Source: Diplonema japonicum (Eukaryota > Protista > Euglenozoa: Diplonemea). Taken from it: a stretch of DNA of 64,000 nucleotides. Numbering within the stretch: position 1 is the first letter of the stretch; each line of letters opens with the position of its first letter. The notes under the pieces were generated by a model. It saw nothing but the letters and a program-made list of their open reading frames with translations. It was not told the DNA's origin and searched no databases. Location of the stretch: assembly GCA_964019335.1 (NCBI GenBank), contig OZ025680.1, positions 534,441 to 598,440 on the forward strand. Reading direction: 5' to 3'. The position numbers and the translations under genes are program-made. This document shows, piece by piece, positions 1-10,762 of the stretch.

Positions 1-2
1 TC

Positions 3-2228
3 GTGACTTTGAAAAACGTGTCCGGATTGCCTGCGGTGTTCACATGGGGGACCTTGGATGGGGAGTATCCTATTGAGGCAACAGCTTACCCTGCCACGGG
101 GACACTGCCAGCAGGGGGGTCTCTTGATGTGAAGCTAACTGTCACCCCTCTGCAGGAGGGCTTTGTGGATTCGTTGGTGACGTGCATCATAAGAGAGCAC
201 GGCATCCAGTCAGCACCTGAGAGCTTCCTTGCCGTAGAGGTGTCTGGGATCGTTGAAGGGCCGTCCATCTCCATCGAGACCAATACTACAGAGTCTCTTG
301 AGACCTTCATACATGGCATCCTCGATGGCATTCTTGCTGAGAAAGTCTTCAAAGCTCAGCGCCCCGTGAGGACCGCCCCGTTGATCTTCGACAACGTTGA
401 ACTCTTTACGCCAGTCACAGGGCCCATTATTCTGCGGTCTCACCAGGGACCGGACTTAGGCTACAAACTAATGGTGCAGAACCACCCCGTGCCAATCGAA
501 GAGAAGCTGGGCTCCGCCAAGAAGCTGCTTGCAAAAAGAACGTTCAAAAAAAGTGCAGACGGTAGTGGTGGGGTGGAGACGAAGGAGAAGGCTGAGCAAG
601 AAGAGGTGCTGAACCAGATATTAACGCAGTGTTCAGGTGTAGCCATCCAGATTGGGGGGCAGGAAGGCGTTTTGCCTTCAAGGGGCGAGGTGGCGCTGCA
701 GGCAACGATACACCCTAGCCTCCCAGGCAGGTACACGGACAGCATTGATGTATACCTCGAAGGGACTACGGAGCAGATCACCATCCCTGTGGAAATCACA
801 GTTCGAGGGCAAGTCTTGTCTTTGTCTGCCACTACACCAGGTATGCTCCTGAACACAGGGACAGGCAAGCCGCCTGTACTGGGGTTCCCCGTGTGCTGCG
901 CTTCCGAACTAAACCACCGCGTGAAATACTTCAAGGTTTTCAACAGGCTTAACGAAGCTGTTGAGGCAGAGTGGAGGGTGTTCTGCGATAACAAGACTGC
1001 TGTTGTGTCCGTGGTTGACAGCAAGGTGGTCATCAGCGAGGTGAGCGAGCAAGACACCGACCACACAAGGATCACACCCAAAAGAGCTGTAATCCCAAAG
1101 AAAAGCGGCTGTACATTCAAAGTAACGATGCTCATGCCCACGCCAGGGAAGTACAGCACATCGCTGTTCTGCGAGCCGAAGATAGTGAGCACAGGGAGTG
1201 TGAAGAGCGAGAACATAATACCTCTCTCCGTCGATGTGAAGGCCGAGGCCATGTCACGAACACTGGAAGTGAACCCAAAGACAGGGAAGTTCTCGTGCAT
1301 CGGGTGCGTGGCCACTGGCATCGACTATTCTGCTGGTGGACATCGTCAGAAGTTCTTCCTCACGAACAAGCTCCCCGCTGCAGTTGATTTCACGCTCGCC
1401 ACGAGAGAGCCATTCGCCGTGACGGGGTACGAGGTCCACCCGGCGAACCCGATGGAGCATCAGCTGAAGTCCTCAAAGCCGCCTGGGAACACGCTATTTC
1501 AACTGAAGCCTGGTGATGCGTTGGTGTTGGTGGTACAGGTGGAGTGGTCCTTCGACTTGACGTCTATTGGGTTCGGGTACTCGTCGTCAACGTCGCCGAA
1601 GATGTTACAGAGTTCAGCAAAGCAGCCACACCGCGAGAGGGGCAGGGTCCAAACCTGCGATGTAAAGAAGATCGAGAGGAACCTGGTGGTGGAGTACACA
1701 GAAGGCGTGGTGCAAGAGATCCCTATGGTGGCTATCATCAGCTACCCTGCCGTGACAGTGAGTCCCATGGAAGTGCTCTTTGACACGAAGGACGACGGGT
1801 GGGTGAAGAGAGTCTTCTTGGCCCCTGTTACGCTAGCGCCTGTGACCTTCACGATACAGCACAAGCCTGTAGCCAGACCAGTAACACAGCGCACTGCCCA
1901 AGACGTTTCGAAGGAAGGCATCCTTGGCCAGTCTCGTTCGGCAGTGTCCCGCCACCTAGATGGAGCCACCACTCATGCACTTTCTACCGACGACCCGTCT
2001 GTCTTCTCGTTCTCCCCATCGTCGGCCACCGTTCCTGGCCTCGAGGCAAACGCACCCCCCTTCCCGATCGAGATCCGTTTCACACCGAAAGGCATCAAGA
2101 ACTTCCAAAGCTGTTTTACCATCTCCATCGACGGCGGGCGGGCTGTTGACATCGTCATCAAAGGCAGGTCCTCAGAGATGGAGTACAGCTACATTAATAG
2201 GTCGGCAAAGATGCTCACGGACGAGTAG
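3..2228 (+). CDS. 5'-truncated cilia-associated protein with tandem ASH/Ig-like beta domains (DLEC1/CFAP81- or hydin-like)
   Basis: Open from the window edge, 741 aa. Repeated beta-strand units of the ASH type (TLKNVSGLP.FTW, FKVFNRLNEAVEAEW, FFLTNKLPAAVDFTL, IEIRFTP). Family assignment by motif resemblance only. Confidence 0.5.
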   Translation: MTLKNVSGLPAVFTWGTLDGEYPIEATAYPATGTLPAGGSLDVKLTVTPLQEGFVDSLVTCIIREHGIQSAPESFLAVEVSGIVEGPSISIETNTTESLETFIHGILDGILAEKVFKAQRPVRTAPLIFDNVELFTPVTGPIILRSHQGPDLGYKLMVQNHPVPIEEKLGSAKKLLAKRTFKKSADGSGGVETKEKAEQEEVLNQILTQCSGVAIQIGGQEGVLPSRGEVALQATIHPSLPGRYTDSIDVYLEGTTEQITIPVEITVRGQVLSLSATTPGMLLNTGTGKPPVLGFPVCCASELNHRVKYFKVFNRLNEAVEAEWRVFCDNKTAVVSVVDSKVVISEVSEQDTDHTRITPKRAVIPKKSGCTFKVTMLMPTPGKYSTSLFCEPKIVSTGSVKSENIIPLSVDVKAEAMSRTLEVNPKTGKFSCIGCVATGIDYSAGGHRQKFFLTNKLPAAVDFTLATREPFAVTGYEVHPANPMEHQLKSSKPPGNTLFQLKPGDALVLVVQVEWSFDLTSIGFGYSSSTSPKMLQSSAKQPHRERGRVQTCDVKKIERNLVVEYTEGVVQEIPMVAIISYPAVTVSPMEVLFDTKDDGWVKRVFLAPVTLAPVTFTIQHKPVARPVTQRTAQDVSKEGILGQSRSAVSRHLDGATTHALSTDDPSVFSFSPSSATVPGLEANAPPFPIEIRFTPKGIKNFQSCFTISIDGGRAVDIVIKGRSSEMEYSYINRSAKMLTDE

Positions 2229-2426
2229 AGTTAAAGAACTTGAGGTTACCACCTCCAGGGGGGTGGGGTAAAGCTTCAACTGAGGGTAATTTAAAAGGGG
2301 AGAAAAATAGGAATATTTTTATGCTTCTGCGGTTCGGTCTGTCCATGTATATCTTCTTCCTTTGTCGACATGCTATTATCTCACAATCTACAGGGTGGAA
2401 CACCCACGTCCACGAAGAAAGAAAAA

Positions 2427-3536
2427 ATGAACCCGAATGTGAATCCGTACAGTTCAGGAGCCAACATGTTTGTGGGGGGGCCGGCACAGCAAGAGCAAGG
2501 GAGCGAGGCCCCTGCTCCTGCTCCTGCTGCTGCGTCGCCTGCGGGTGATGATCTGTTCAGCGAGATGAATGTGTTTGAGGATCCTTTTCAGCAAGGGGGG
2601 GGCTCTACAGCGAAGGAGGACCCGTTCAAAGCACAGGGGGCGCAAGAGAACCCTTTCCAGCAGGAGGAGGAGATACAGTTTTACAACCCGAGTGGGAGCA
2701 GTGGGGCGAAGGAGAATGTAGCATTCACACCAGAGGGGATGGAAGAGGAGAGTGTGTCCCCTAGGGTGGAGGTGAGAGTGGAGAGCACCGCTCCAGCACA
2801 AGTTCCGGAGCAGGAACTAACACATGAAGCGGAGGAGGAGACGGCACCACGTGAGAAGGTGCAGCGGACCGCCAAATGCTGGACGCTGGGCTTCTACCAG
2901 CAGTACTTCGACGTTGACACTGAGGAGGTGACTGGTAGATGCAGAGAAGTGCTGACCTTCAAGAAGCCGAGGTTTATGATGTCAGACTGTGAAGGTGGCG
3001 AACCTGCGGACATGTACGGCCCTGTGTGGGTTGCAACGACGCTGTGGGTTGCGTTGGCTGTCTTTGGGGAGATCGGCGGTGAGTTGGACAGCAGCTCGTC
3101 GCCTGCAGCCAACACAACCTCCGATCAGAGCAGCGACGATGGGAGCAGCAAAAGCTTCAGCTTCAATTTCTACTACTTTGTCATCATCGGCATGACTGTT
3201 GCTTATGCCTACGTCGTCCTCACGCCCCTCCTCGCCTGGGGGTTGCTCAAGATCAACGACATCAAGATAGACCTCACGAAGATCATCTCCCTCTACGGCT
3301 ACTCCATGATCCCTTTGCTCTTCGGGTCCCTTATCACCATTGTCCCAAACAAATCCGTCAAGTGGGGTGCCATCTTCCTCACCTCGGCGGTCTCCTTCAC
3401 AATCATCATGTTCAACATGTACGGTTTCGGCAGCTCCCTCACTTACAACTGGAAATTAGCTTACTACGGCAGCATCTCCGTCTGCCACGTTGCCATGTCC
3501 ATCTTGCTCTTCTACGAGATCCTCTTCCTGGACTAA
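2427..3536 (+). CDS. Yip1-domain Golgi membrane protein (YIPF1/2-like)
   Basis: FYQQYFDVDT, DMYGPVWVATTL and LYGYSM motifs, plus about 5 C-terminal hydrophobic helices. ATG 2427 chosen as the likely start. Confidence 0.85.
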   Translation: MNPNVNPYSSGANMFVGGPAQQEQGSEAPAPAPAAASPAGDDLFSEMNVFEDPFQQGGGSTAKEDPFKAQGAQENPFQQEEEIQFYNPSGSSGAKENVAFTPEGMEEESVSPRVEVRVESTAPAQVPEQELTHEAEEETAPREKVQRTAKCWTLGFYQQYFDVDTEEVTGRCREVLTFKKPRFMMSDCEGGEPADMYGPVWVATTLWVALAVFGEIGGELDSSSSPAANTTSDQSSDDGSSKSFSFNFYYFVIIGMTVAYAYVVLTPLLAWGLLKINDIKIDLTKIISLYGYSMIPLLFGSLITIVPNKSVKWGAIFLTSAVSFTIIMFNMYGFGSSLTYNWKLAYYGSISVCHVAMSILLFYEILFLD

Positions 3537-3993
3537 ACCAGCAGCCGTAGTTGGTATGGTCGCTCCGCCCACTCCGCCTTCACTACCTGTACAGATGTGA
3601 TGCCTACAGCGCGTGGCCAAGAGAACAGTGAACAGTGTTCTACGAAAGAGGTTTTTTTTCAAGGTGGTGGGGGGGGGGGGGGGGGGGTAACATGGAGATA
3701 TAAGGAAGTACATCAGATATGTACCCGAGTTGGTGCTTGGTTGCCTAGGGCATCTGTAGCGATAAAGTGGCCTCCTTATCTCCTCGTTTTCTTTTGGGGC
3801 GGTGGGGTAAGACGATTATTAGTGTGTCGCATTTGACAAAAAAAAGAAGTTACCCATCCATCCCCCTCCCCTTCATTCTGTTATTATATCTTCACATACC
3901 CCGCCTTCCTACTCACCTCGTTGCTAACCGTGTCTGACATTGGAACACCTCGTTCGCAACCACCACGACACCAACAGTACACCAACAGACAAC

Positions 3994-5250
3994 ATGAATG
4001 TCCAGATGGTTGCGAAGATGGTGGTGATAGCTGTGGGCTGCTTTTTCACGTTTCACGGATCACACGAACGGCTCACCGATCTCGACTACTCGTCGAGGGC
4101 AGGGTACAAAGGGAATGTGGAGGGAGTGCGCGCAACGTTGAGATATATGCAGGAGAATAATTTGGAGCCTCAAAACGTGGCGTACGTGGGGCGGCATGCT
4201 TCAAGGTTCGCAACGAATGACAAGAGCTGCCAGCAGGCAGGAGAAGGGTTACAGGAAAAGTGGACGTGCCCGATGGATGAGGCGGAGGTGTCAAAATACG
4301 ACAGTATCACGGAGAAGGGGAAGGGAGAGGCACGCGGCATCGGGACACGAGTTGGGGAGCTGCTCCAAAAGGTGGTTGGGGGACGAAAGGTCGTTGTGCA
4401 GACGACGGCAAAGAGAAGGACAAAACAGACTGCATCCCAGTTTCTCAAGGGGGCTGGGCTCGAGGTTTCTGAGAGCGACTTTGTGTTTTCAGAGCTACAT
4501 AATGACCGCGATCTACGGTTCTTCGACGTTTGTAACAATTACAACAAACTGTGGGAGAAGCGTGACCCAGCAGACCCCAACACGAAGCCCCTCAAAACCT
4601 TCGAAGACACCGTCCTTCCGAAAGTGGTCTCGAGTGTCGCTGCAAACATCCCGTTCAAGGATCTGACTCGCAAGCAGGCAGAAGCCATCTACAAGGAGTG
4701 CGGCTACAAGTGGATGCTAGAGGAACCTTCGCGTCGTGACGAGCACAACAGCGTTCTGTGTGATGTGTTCAGCAAGACCGACTTCAACGCCTTTTCGTGG
4801 CACAAGGACATCAAGGAGTACTACAAGAAGGGTCCTGGGAGCAGAAAGTACAACGGCGTGCAGATTAGCTGCGGAACCATGCAGAAGCTACTGAAAGGCC
4901 TCGAGAAAGGTACAACGGTCAACTTGTTCTTTGCTCACGCTGAGACGCTTGTTCCAATGTACTCTCTTCTTGGACTCTTTTCGAACCTTCCTCCGCTCCC
5001 CCCCGTCTCCCCTGCCCCCTCTGAAGCAACTGACACCACAAACTGGCGCTTGTCGCGTGTTTGTCCCATGGCCTCCAACCTCATCGTCATTCTCACCAAC
5101 ACGCAGGAGCTTCTTCTCCTGCACGATGAAACACTCGTTCCGTGGGAGATAGGTACTGGGTGTGAGGGGCGCTTCAGATGCCATATAAACACTGTGAAGC
5201 AAGCACTTGCTGCTGAGGTGTGCGACTGGGATGTGTTGTGCAATGACTGA
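3994..5250 (+). CDS. Histidine acid phosphatase, MINPP/phytase-like
   Basis: RHASR (RHGxR variant), LRFFDVC, FAHAETLVP (HAE acid motif), PMASNL; N-terminal signal/anchor. Confidence 0.85.
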   Translation: MNVQMVAKMVVIAVGCFFTFHGSHERLTDLDYSSRAGYKGNVEGVRATLRYMQENNLEPQNVAYVGRHASRFATNDKSCQQAGEGLQEKWTCPMDEAEVSKYDSITEKGKGEARGIGTRVGELLQKVVGGRKVVVQTTAKRRTKQTASQFLKGAGLEVSESDFVFSELHNDRDLRFFDVCNNYNKLWEKRDPADPNTKPLKTFEDTVLPKVVSSVAANIPFKDLTRKQAEAIYKECGYKWMLEEPSRRDEHNSVLCDVFSKTDFNAFSWHKDIKEYYKKGPGSRKYNGVQISCGTMQKLLKGLEKGTTVNLFFAHAETLVPMYSLLGLFSNLPPLPPVSPAPSEATDTTNWRLSRVCPMASNLIVILTNTQELLLLHDETLVPWEIGTGCEGRFRCHINTVKQALAAEVCDWDVLCND

Positions 5251-5344
5251 GTCTAGCAAGCAATTATTCGTTTTTAGAGATTTGCATATTTTGGGTTTTT
5301 AATAAGAACCTTTGTTCTCAAAGTGCACTGTCTATCACAGGGAT

Positions 5345-7567
5345 ATGTCTTCTGACGACCAGCATGGCACAGGGGCCGCTGATGTTGAGTACAAGATCCA
5401 AGAATATGAAGGCGTGAAGCAGAGATGTGCAGAGCTGGAGAACACAATGAAAGAGTTCTGCACTTCTGCCAGCTGGGTGACGGAGATGAGAGAATGGGTC
5501 GGGCAGAGCTTGGAGAAAATACAAGTGATGAGGGAAGAGTGTCAAGAGTCGTTGGAGAAGATGGAGAAGGCGGTGGCTGTACCGCAAGGTACTTACTGGT
5601 CCACGAAGATGCTCTCAAGGCACTGCTCTCTGATGCTTGATGAGAAAAGACTGATAAGAAAGGACGGGAACGTTCTGCCCAAGAACAACCCTTCGTGGGC
5701 AGACGTCATCAAGCTCACATCAACACTCACGAATCTTAAGACGAAAGGCTTCGTCACAAAGAAGCAGGCTGTGTTCATTGAAGCTGTCGAGGAGCACCTG
5801 AAGGGGGTGTTCTTCGAGGGGAAGGAACTTCGTAGGATCACTGAAGCCCTTGCGACAAAGCTGTCCGAGGAAATCGAACAGCAGACCATCACCGCTGACC
5901 TCACTAAGCACGAGCACGTCATTTCCGATCTTGTCCCCGACCTTGAGAACTGCGAGAACCTCTTAGAGGCCGCCCTGCTGAACGGGGACATGGCCCTCGC
6001 GGAGGAGATCTCATACAATCAGATCGCACTCCACGAGAGACTGCTGAGAATCGTGCAAGAGCAGTACCCCATCATCAGAAAGCGCCAGGAAGACTCACGA
6101 GAGTTCAAGCGGAGAAGGCGCTGGGCGATCTTCAGGATGGCAAACAGGGACGTCGCCTCTGTCGTAGAATTGAAGTACAGACAGATCGAGGCCTGTGAGG
6201 ATGACATTCAGAAGATCAAGACGCAAGTTGCTAACTACTCGCAGGACGACCTCGGGCAGCGCAGGCGGTACGACTTGGACAAGGCAGAGTCTGATAAGTT
6301 CCTTTCTGAGAACGCTGCACATCAGGATTCTTTGTGGAAGAAAGTCAGTGACCTGTGCACAGAGCTGCAATCCACGCAGAAGGAGCTAGCCGACCTTGTG
6401 GAACAACGTAAAAAGGAGTTGAATCGCCGATCGGTGCTCAGGGAGAAGGAAGAGGGGAGGCGCTCTGGCCACCTGGCATTCTTGAACGTGGCGGAGGTGT
6501 ACCTGGGAAACCTCAACGCGACAATAGAGAACTCTGAGAAGGCAAAGGACATCTGCAAGGCGATAAACGATTTCATTCTAGACGGCTGTGACTCGGTGGC
6601 GCTCAAGTTCGACCGCACAGAGTCTGTGCTCGCAGAGATGGCCACTCGTGTGAACAGGCAATACTTGAAGCAGTTCACCGACTACTACTTAGCCGTGGGG
6701 CGCCTGCACCATAGAAAACACAAAAAGCGTGCTTTGCTCGAGGCCTCTATATCCGAGCATCACGTCCGGCTGGAGCTGGCTCTGGACAGCATCGATCCTC
6801 TAGCCAAGAAGCACGCAGAGGCAAAGGCTTCGGCATTGGAGCAAAGAAAGTCACTGGATCACGAGATGGAAGCGCTGCACACGAAGATGGTGTCGTCTAG
6901 CAAAGCGTTCGAGGAGGTGGCAGACTCTTTGCGAAGCCTCAACATACCCTTCGTGCACCCGGAGGTGATCCTGCAGAAGTCTTGCGACGACCGCAACGAG
7001 AAGATCCTCGACTACAGAGACCTCGTCAACACAACAGAAGCGAAGCAGGAGCAGCTACTAGAGGAAGAGGCAACTCAGCTTTCGAAAGAGAAAGAAGCTC
7101 ACACCATAAAGGTGCGCGCAGCGCAGAGTCAGAAGGCAGCTGCGAAAGGGCTGCACCCTATACCCCCCATGGGGGCTGGGTCCAACAGGGCTCTGGCTAA
7201 GTACCACGCGGCGTCCTTCTCGAGATACAAAAATCTGTGCGACACGGTGCTGACGCAGGATGAGGTAGAGGCTGCAGAGGTAGAGCAACAAGCGGCTGCA
7301 AGCACCGAGGCAGCAACCATGGTCACGGCCCCCCCTCACCCGACACACAAACCCAATCTGCCGGAACGCATCGAAGGGCGTGTTGTGATGGCAGTATACC
7401 CCTTCCGCGCCACCTCCAGCGACGAACTGACCTTCAACAAAGGTGAGCGGATAGTCGTAATCAACGAAGGAACAGAAGACGGATGGCACTACGGCATCTG
7501 CAATCAAAGGACTGGTCTCTATCCATCCAACTACGTCACGCTGGCACCTGAAGAGCTGGAGTACTGA
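5345..7567 (+). CDS. Paraflagellar rod family protein with C-terminal SH3 domain (PFR5/PFR6-like)
   Basis: Long coiled coil with PFR-like segments (LELALDSIDPLAKKHAEAK, IPFVHPE). SH3 motifs AVYPF...ELTFNKGE...DGW...GLYPSNYV. Confidence 0.8.
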   Translation: MSSDDQHGTGAADVEYKIQEYEGVKQRCAELENTMKEFCTSASWVTEMREWVGQSLEKIQVMREECQESLEKMEKAVAVPQGTYWSTKMLSRHCSLMLDEKRLIRKDGNVLPKNNPSWADVIKLTSTLTNLKTKGFVTKKQAVFIEAVEEHLKGVFFEGKELRRITEALATKLSEEIEQQTITADLTKHEHVISDLVPDLENCENLLEAALLNGDMALAEEISYNQIALHERLLRIVQEQYPIIRKRQEDSREFKRRRRWAIFRMANRDVASVVELKYRQIEACEDDIQKIKTQVANYSQDDLGQRRRYDLDKAESDKFLSENAAHQDSLWKKVSDLCTELQSTQKELADLVEQRKKELNRRSVLREKEEGRRSGHLAFLNVAEVYLGNLNATIENSEKAKDICKAINDFILDGCDSVALKFDRTESVLAEMATRVNRQYLKQFTDYYLAVGRLHHRKHKKRALLEASISEHHVRLELALDSIDPLAKKHAEAKASALEQRKSLDHEMEALHTKMVSSSKAFEEVADSLRSLNIPFVHPEVILQKSCDDRNEKILDYRDLVNTTEAKQEQLLEEEATQLSKEKEAHTIKVRAAQSQKAAAKGLHPIPPMGAGSNRALAKYHAASFSRYKNLCDTVLTQDEVEAAEVEQQAAASTEAATMVTAPPHPTHKPNLPERIEGRVVMAVYPFRATSSDELTFNKGERIVVINEGTEDGWHYGICNQRTGLYPSNYVTLAPEELEY

Positions 7568-7876
7568 TATTATCTCTCTATTCCTCACATCTAGTTTCCA
7601 CTACGATGACATTGAGGACACACCCCATCCTGTGGAAGGAGCAGATTTTTTTCTTCATGAAGTGCACGCCCTTCAGCCCCTGCACAACGATCCCTTCAAA
7701 TCCCTTTAAAGTAATGTTAATAGAACCCACTCATCCCCTCCTCCCCCCTTTTTCCCCCAGTAAGGGCACCACCCAACATTGCCTCCTCTATCTCAAAGTG
7801 AGAAAAAGAAATAAAAAAAATTTTTTTCCACCACAATTATTCCGCGTACTCCAGCAGGAGGTGGGGAAATGGTAGG

Positions 7877-8476
7877 ATGAGGGTGGTACTGCTGGTGTTA
7901 TTGAGACTATACGGGGTGGTTGCGGTAACCCCTACAGTCACAGTGACCACAAGCACGATTATATTTGATGAGTGTGACGGCTTCGATGTGAGGATAGGAA
8001 GTGCGATGTGTACAGGGGAGTTGTGCCAAGGGGTTGCGACAGGCGTCAGAAGGAAGTACACGGAGTACTTGCCTTCCAACAGTACAGTGTTCAATGTTCT
8101 TGATCTTCTGAACGTGACCTCTCCCTGCGAAGCGTCCTTCGTACTGTCGAACAGCAGCCTCTTCTTATGCCCGGGCAACCTCACGGAGCCTATCTGCATT
8201 GCGGCCTCTTCATCTTCTTCTTCCTCCTCGTCCACGACGCTTGTTATTGTCATGGTCCTCCTCGCCTTTGTTGTTGTCGGCCTGTGTATTGCCTTCCTTG
8301 TATACAAGTTCGTGCTATACCCCAATGACCCGGGTGCCCTCTCCCTTGCCTCGTCCCCTGCACTGATGGACATGCGCGAGGTCGACAAGGCGCAAAAAGA
8401 GAAAATAGAAACTTATTACGCTGCGCGCGGTGAAGTGAGCGACAAAGAGCAGGCCATGCTCCAAAATATGTTGTAG
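7877..8476 (+). CDS. Small type-I membrane protein, unknown function
   Basis: Signal peptide, Cys-containing ectodomain, Ser linker, one TM helix, short tail. Confidence 0.7.
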   Translation: MRVVLLVLLRLYGVVAVTPTVTVTTSTIIFDECDGFDVRIGSAMCTGELCQGVATGVRRKYTEYLPSNSTVFNVLDLLNVTSPCEASFVLSNSSLFLCPGNLTEPICIAASSSSSSSSSTTLVIVMVLLAFVVVGLCIAFLVYKFVLYPNDPGALSLASSPALMDMREVDKAQKEKIETYYAARGEVSDKEQAMLQNML

Positions 8477-8625
8477 CAATAGAAACCAAACATTTAGAAG
8501 AATTTACGTCCCGCATTTTCATTGGACATCTGACGGCTGTCTCAACAGGGAGGCCGTATTTCTTTTTTTCTCCTTTTTTTTCCCCTTTGCACGAGTAACA
8601 GTAGGATTTGATCTTTTTTATTTAT

Positions 8626-9569
8626 CCCCTAAACGCCCGGAGCCTATCTACGGTACCCCCCCATTTTCGTTGTTGCTTTAAATACTCAAAAAGGCATATG
8701 CAAAACGTGTTTTTTACCCTTGCATGCTACCCCAGCTGGAAAAAAATCTCACAAGTTGCTTTTTTCATCCCACAGCCCCAAAAAGTCTCACTGGGGCACC
8801 AAATAGGGCTGAATGCTGCCCTTTTTAGCCCATAACTCCACGGACCCCCCACGACAAGACCCCCAAAATCGGGACATAAAAAGTACACCTTCAATCCCCC
8901 TCTTACACACATAGTTAAGTGTTCTCATCTGAATCTGGCACCTGGAATTGAAAATTTTAGTACCGTTTACCCTTTCCTTGCACCTTCCTATGGTTGCATG
9001 CTGCCCTTTTTTTGAGTATTAGCGATTACCTTGATGCCCACCGAGTTGCTTTTTCGTGGTGCCATGACTTTTATTGTTGTCGGGATAACACAACAGACAA
9101 CCACTTGCCAGGGGTCCGCACAGTCCTACACCGGTTGACAATGATGTAGTACCGCGTGTGTAAAAAAAAAAGATTAAAAACACCCTCCTCATTGGCCGCT
9201 TCACCTAGAGGTGTCCTAAGCCCACCTTTTTACGGAAATGATATGTTTCGGGCCTTTGGGAGTATTTCTCCCACCCAAGCATCGTTTCCGGCCCCTCTTT
9301 GACCGCCTCATCGTCTTTTTCTTCTTTTTCTGACCAGTCGGGGGAGACTCACGTTTTCGCTGCTATTTTGACCATCTGATTTCATTTTAAGCCAACCCTG
9401 CCGGTTTCAATTAAAACAAAACTTTTAACGCAAAATGTAGTTCCGAGACAAAATAAACCGCGCAACAACGCCATATTTTGAAGTCCAGGGGCCGTGTTCA
9501 AAAAAAAGTACTTAGCGAAAAAGCAAATTTTGAAATAAGGACAAAAACGTCCGCGCGGGCGTTTAGGGG
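8626..9569. mobile_element. Non-autonomous piggyBac-like element (944 bp) with TTAT target duplication
   Basis: Perfect 14-bp TIR CCCCTAAACGCCCG (8626-8639) / CGGGCGTTTAGGGG (9556-9569), TTAT on both sides. Minus-strand remnant GVGLCGPLASGCLLCY resembles the piggyBac Cys-rich C-terminus. Confidence 0.75.
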
Positions 9570-9672
9570 TTATTTTATATCTCTTGTTCTTTTATGTGTA
9601 TTACATTGCCGCTTTTTTTTATTGTTGCTCTTCCTGCATCATGCATTGCTGACAGTGCCCTCACTTATTTAA

Positions 9673-9895
9673 CACCCAATATCTCTAAAACCGGTCTAGT
9701 CAATCCTGGACATGCTCTAAGAGGGCCATAGAGGGATTTTTCGAAAAGTCTTCCTAAGGTTGCTGTGAATCGTTGGAAAAAATAAATTGTGGTCACCCCT
9801 TTACACTCGTGGCAAGGTGTGGTATTTTTTTTTGGGGGGGGGATTTCTACCTCTCGACACATGGAAGCTAAACGGGTTTTAGAGAATATGAGACG
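9673..9895. mobile_element. TTAA-flanked MITE, family A copy 1
   Basis: TTAA at 9669-9672 and 9896-9899. Imperfect TIR ...ATATCTCTAAAACCGGTCTAG / CTAAACGGGTTTTAGAGAATAT...; homologous to 29530-29802. Confidence 0.7.
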
Positions 9896-9948
9896 TTAAA
9901 AAAAAAAAAAAATAAATAAATAAAAAGTATTAAAAAAAAAAAGGGAAG

Positions 9949-10608
9949 ATGTGCAAATCGATATTCAAGCACGCTGGGCGGAAGGCCCTGGACCAGATCC
10001 TAAAGATGGAGTTGATAGAGAACGCATCCCCGCCCGCTATCATCAACCTGTGGTACACCCACCACGAGATGATGATGCAGTACTGGGGGAGGGTCCTGTC
10101 AGGTGACGCGTACGACGCCATGTATCCAAGGCTGAAGGCGAACCCGTACTTCGTAGTGCCGGTGTTCAGGGACAAGGGGTTATTCAATGTTGTGACGAAC
10201 TTCAAGACGGACGAAGACATTGTGCTGTGCTGCCCGTTGGGGGAGTGGCAGGAAAAGCAGGATCACGCCTCCGTGCACATGACCATACAGTTCTTCACAG
10301 AACTGAAGCAGTCGAAGAACCTTGTCCTTGTCCGGTGTGAGCTGCAGGACAACCACATGACGAAGCAGGATGCCATGTTTGTGACGCACTGCCTGATGAA
10401 GTACTACACTATGCCCAAACAGTTCGAGTTCGTTGAGACCTTCAACAAGAACCCTTCGCAGTTCAATTACCACAACTACCTCCGTGCCATGAAGCTCGAC
10501 GCAGAGGCAAACACGGGCAAGGGCGGGAACATCGAAATCCTCGAAGAGAAAAAGACCTGGCTTACAGACGCGTACAAAAAGCCCCCCCCGACTGCATCGT
10601 CGGCGTGA
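9949..10608 (+). CDS. ATP11: Mitochondrial F1-ATPase assembly chaperone ATP11
   Basis: IINLWYTHH, PYFVVPVFRD, TIQFFTELKQSKNLVLVRCEL, VETFNKNPSQF match the ATP11 pattern. Confidence 0.8.
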   Translation: MCKSIFKHAGRKALDQILKMELIENASPPAIINLWYTHHEMMMQYWGRVLSGDAYDAMYPRLKANPYFVVPVFRDKGLFNVVTNFKTDEDIVLCCPLGEWQEKQDHASVHMTIQFFTELKQSKNLVLVRCELQDNHMTKQDAMFVTHCLMKYYTMPKQFEFVETFNKNPSQFNYHNYLRAMKLDAEANTGKGGNIEILEEKKTWLTDAYKKPPPTASSA

Positions 10609-10762
10609 GAGATCCCAACGTGGCTGAGACCCGTATCAAGGAGACATCAGAGACAGGGTGTGAAGGGAGGGTTTCTTTTTATATTTCATCCGTTGAGTTT
10701 TTTATTTCCTCTTTTTTTTTTTCCATCTCCAGTCATCAACAACAGGCGGTCAACCAGCAGCA

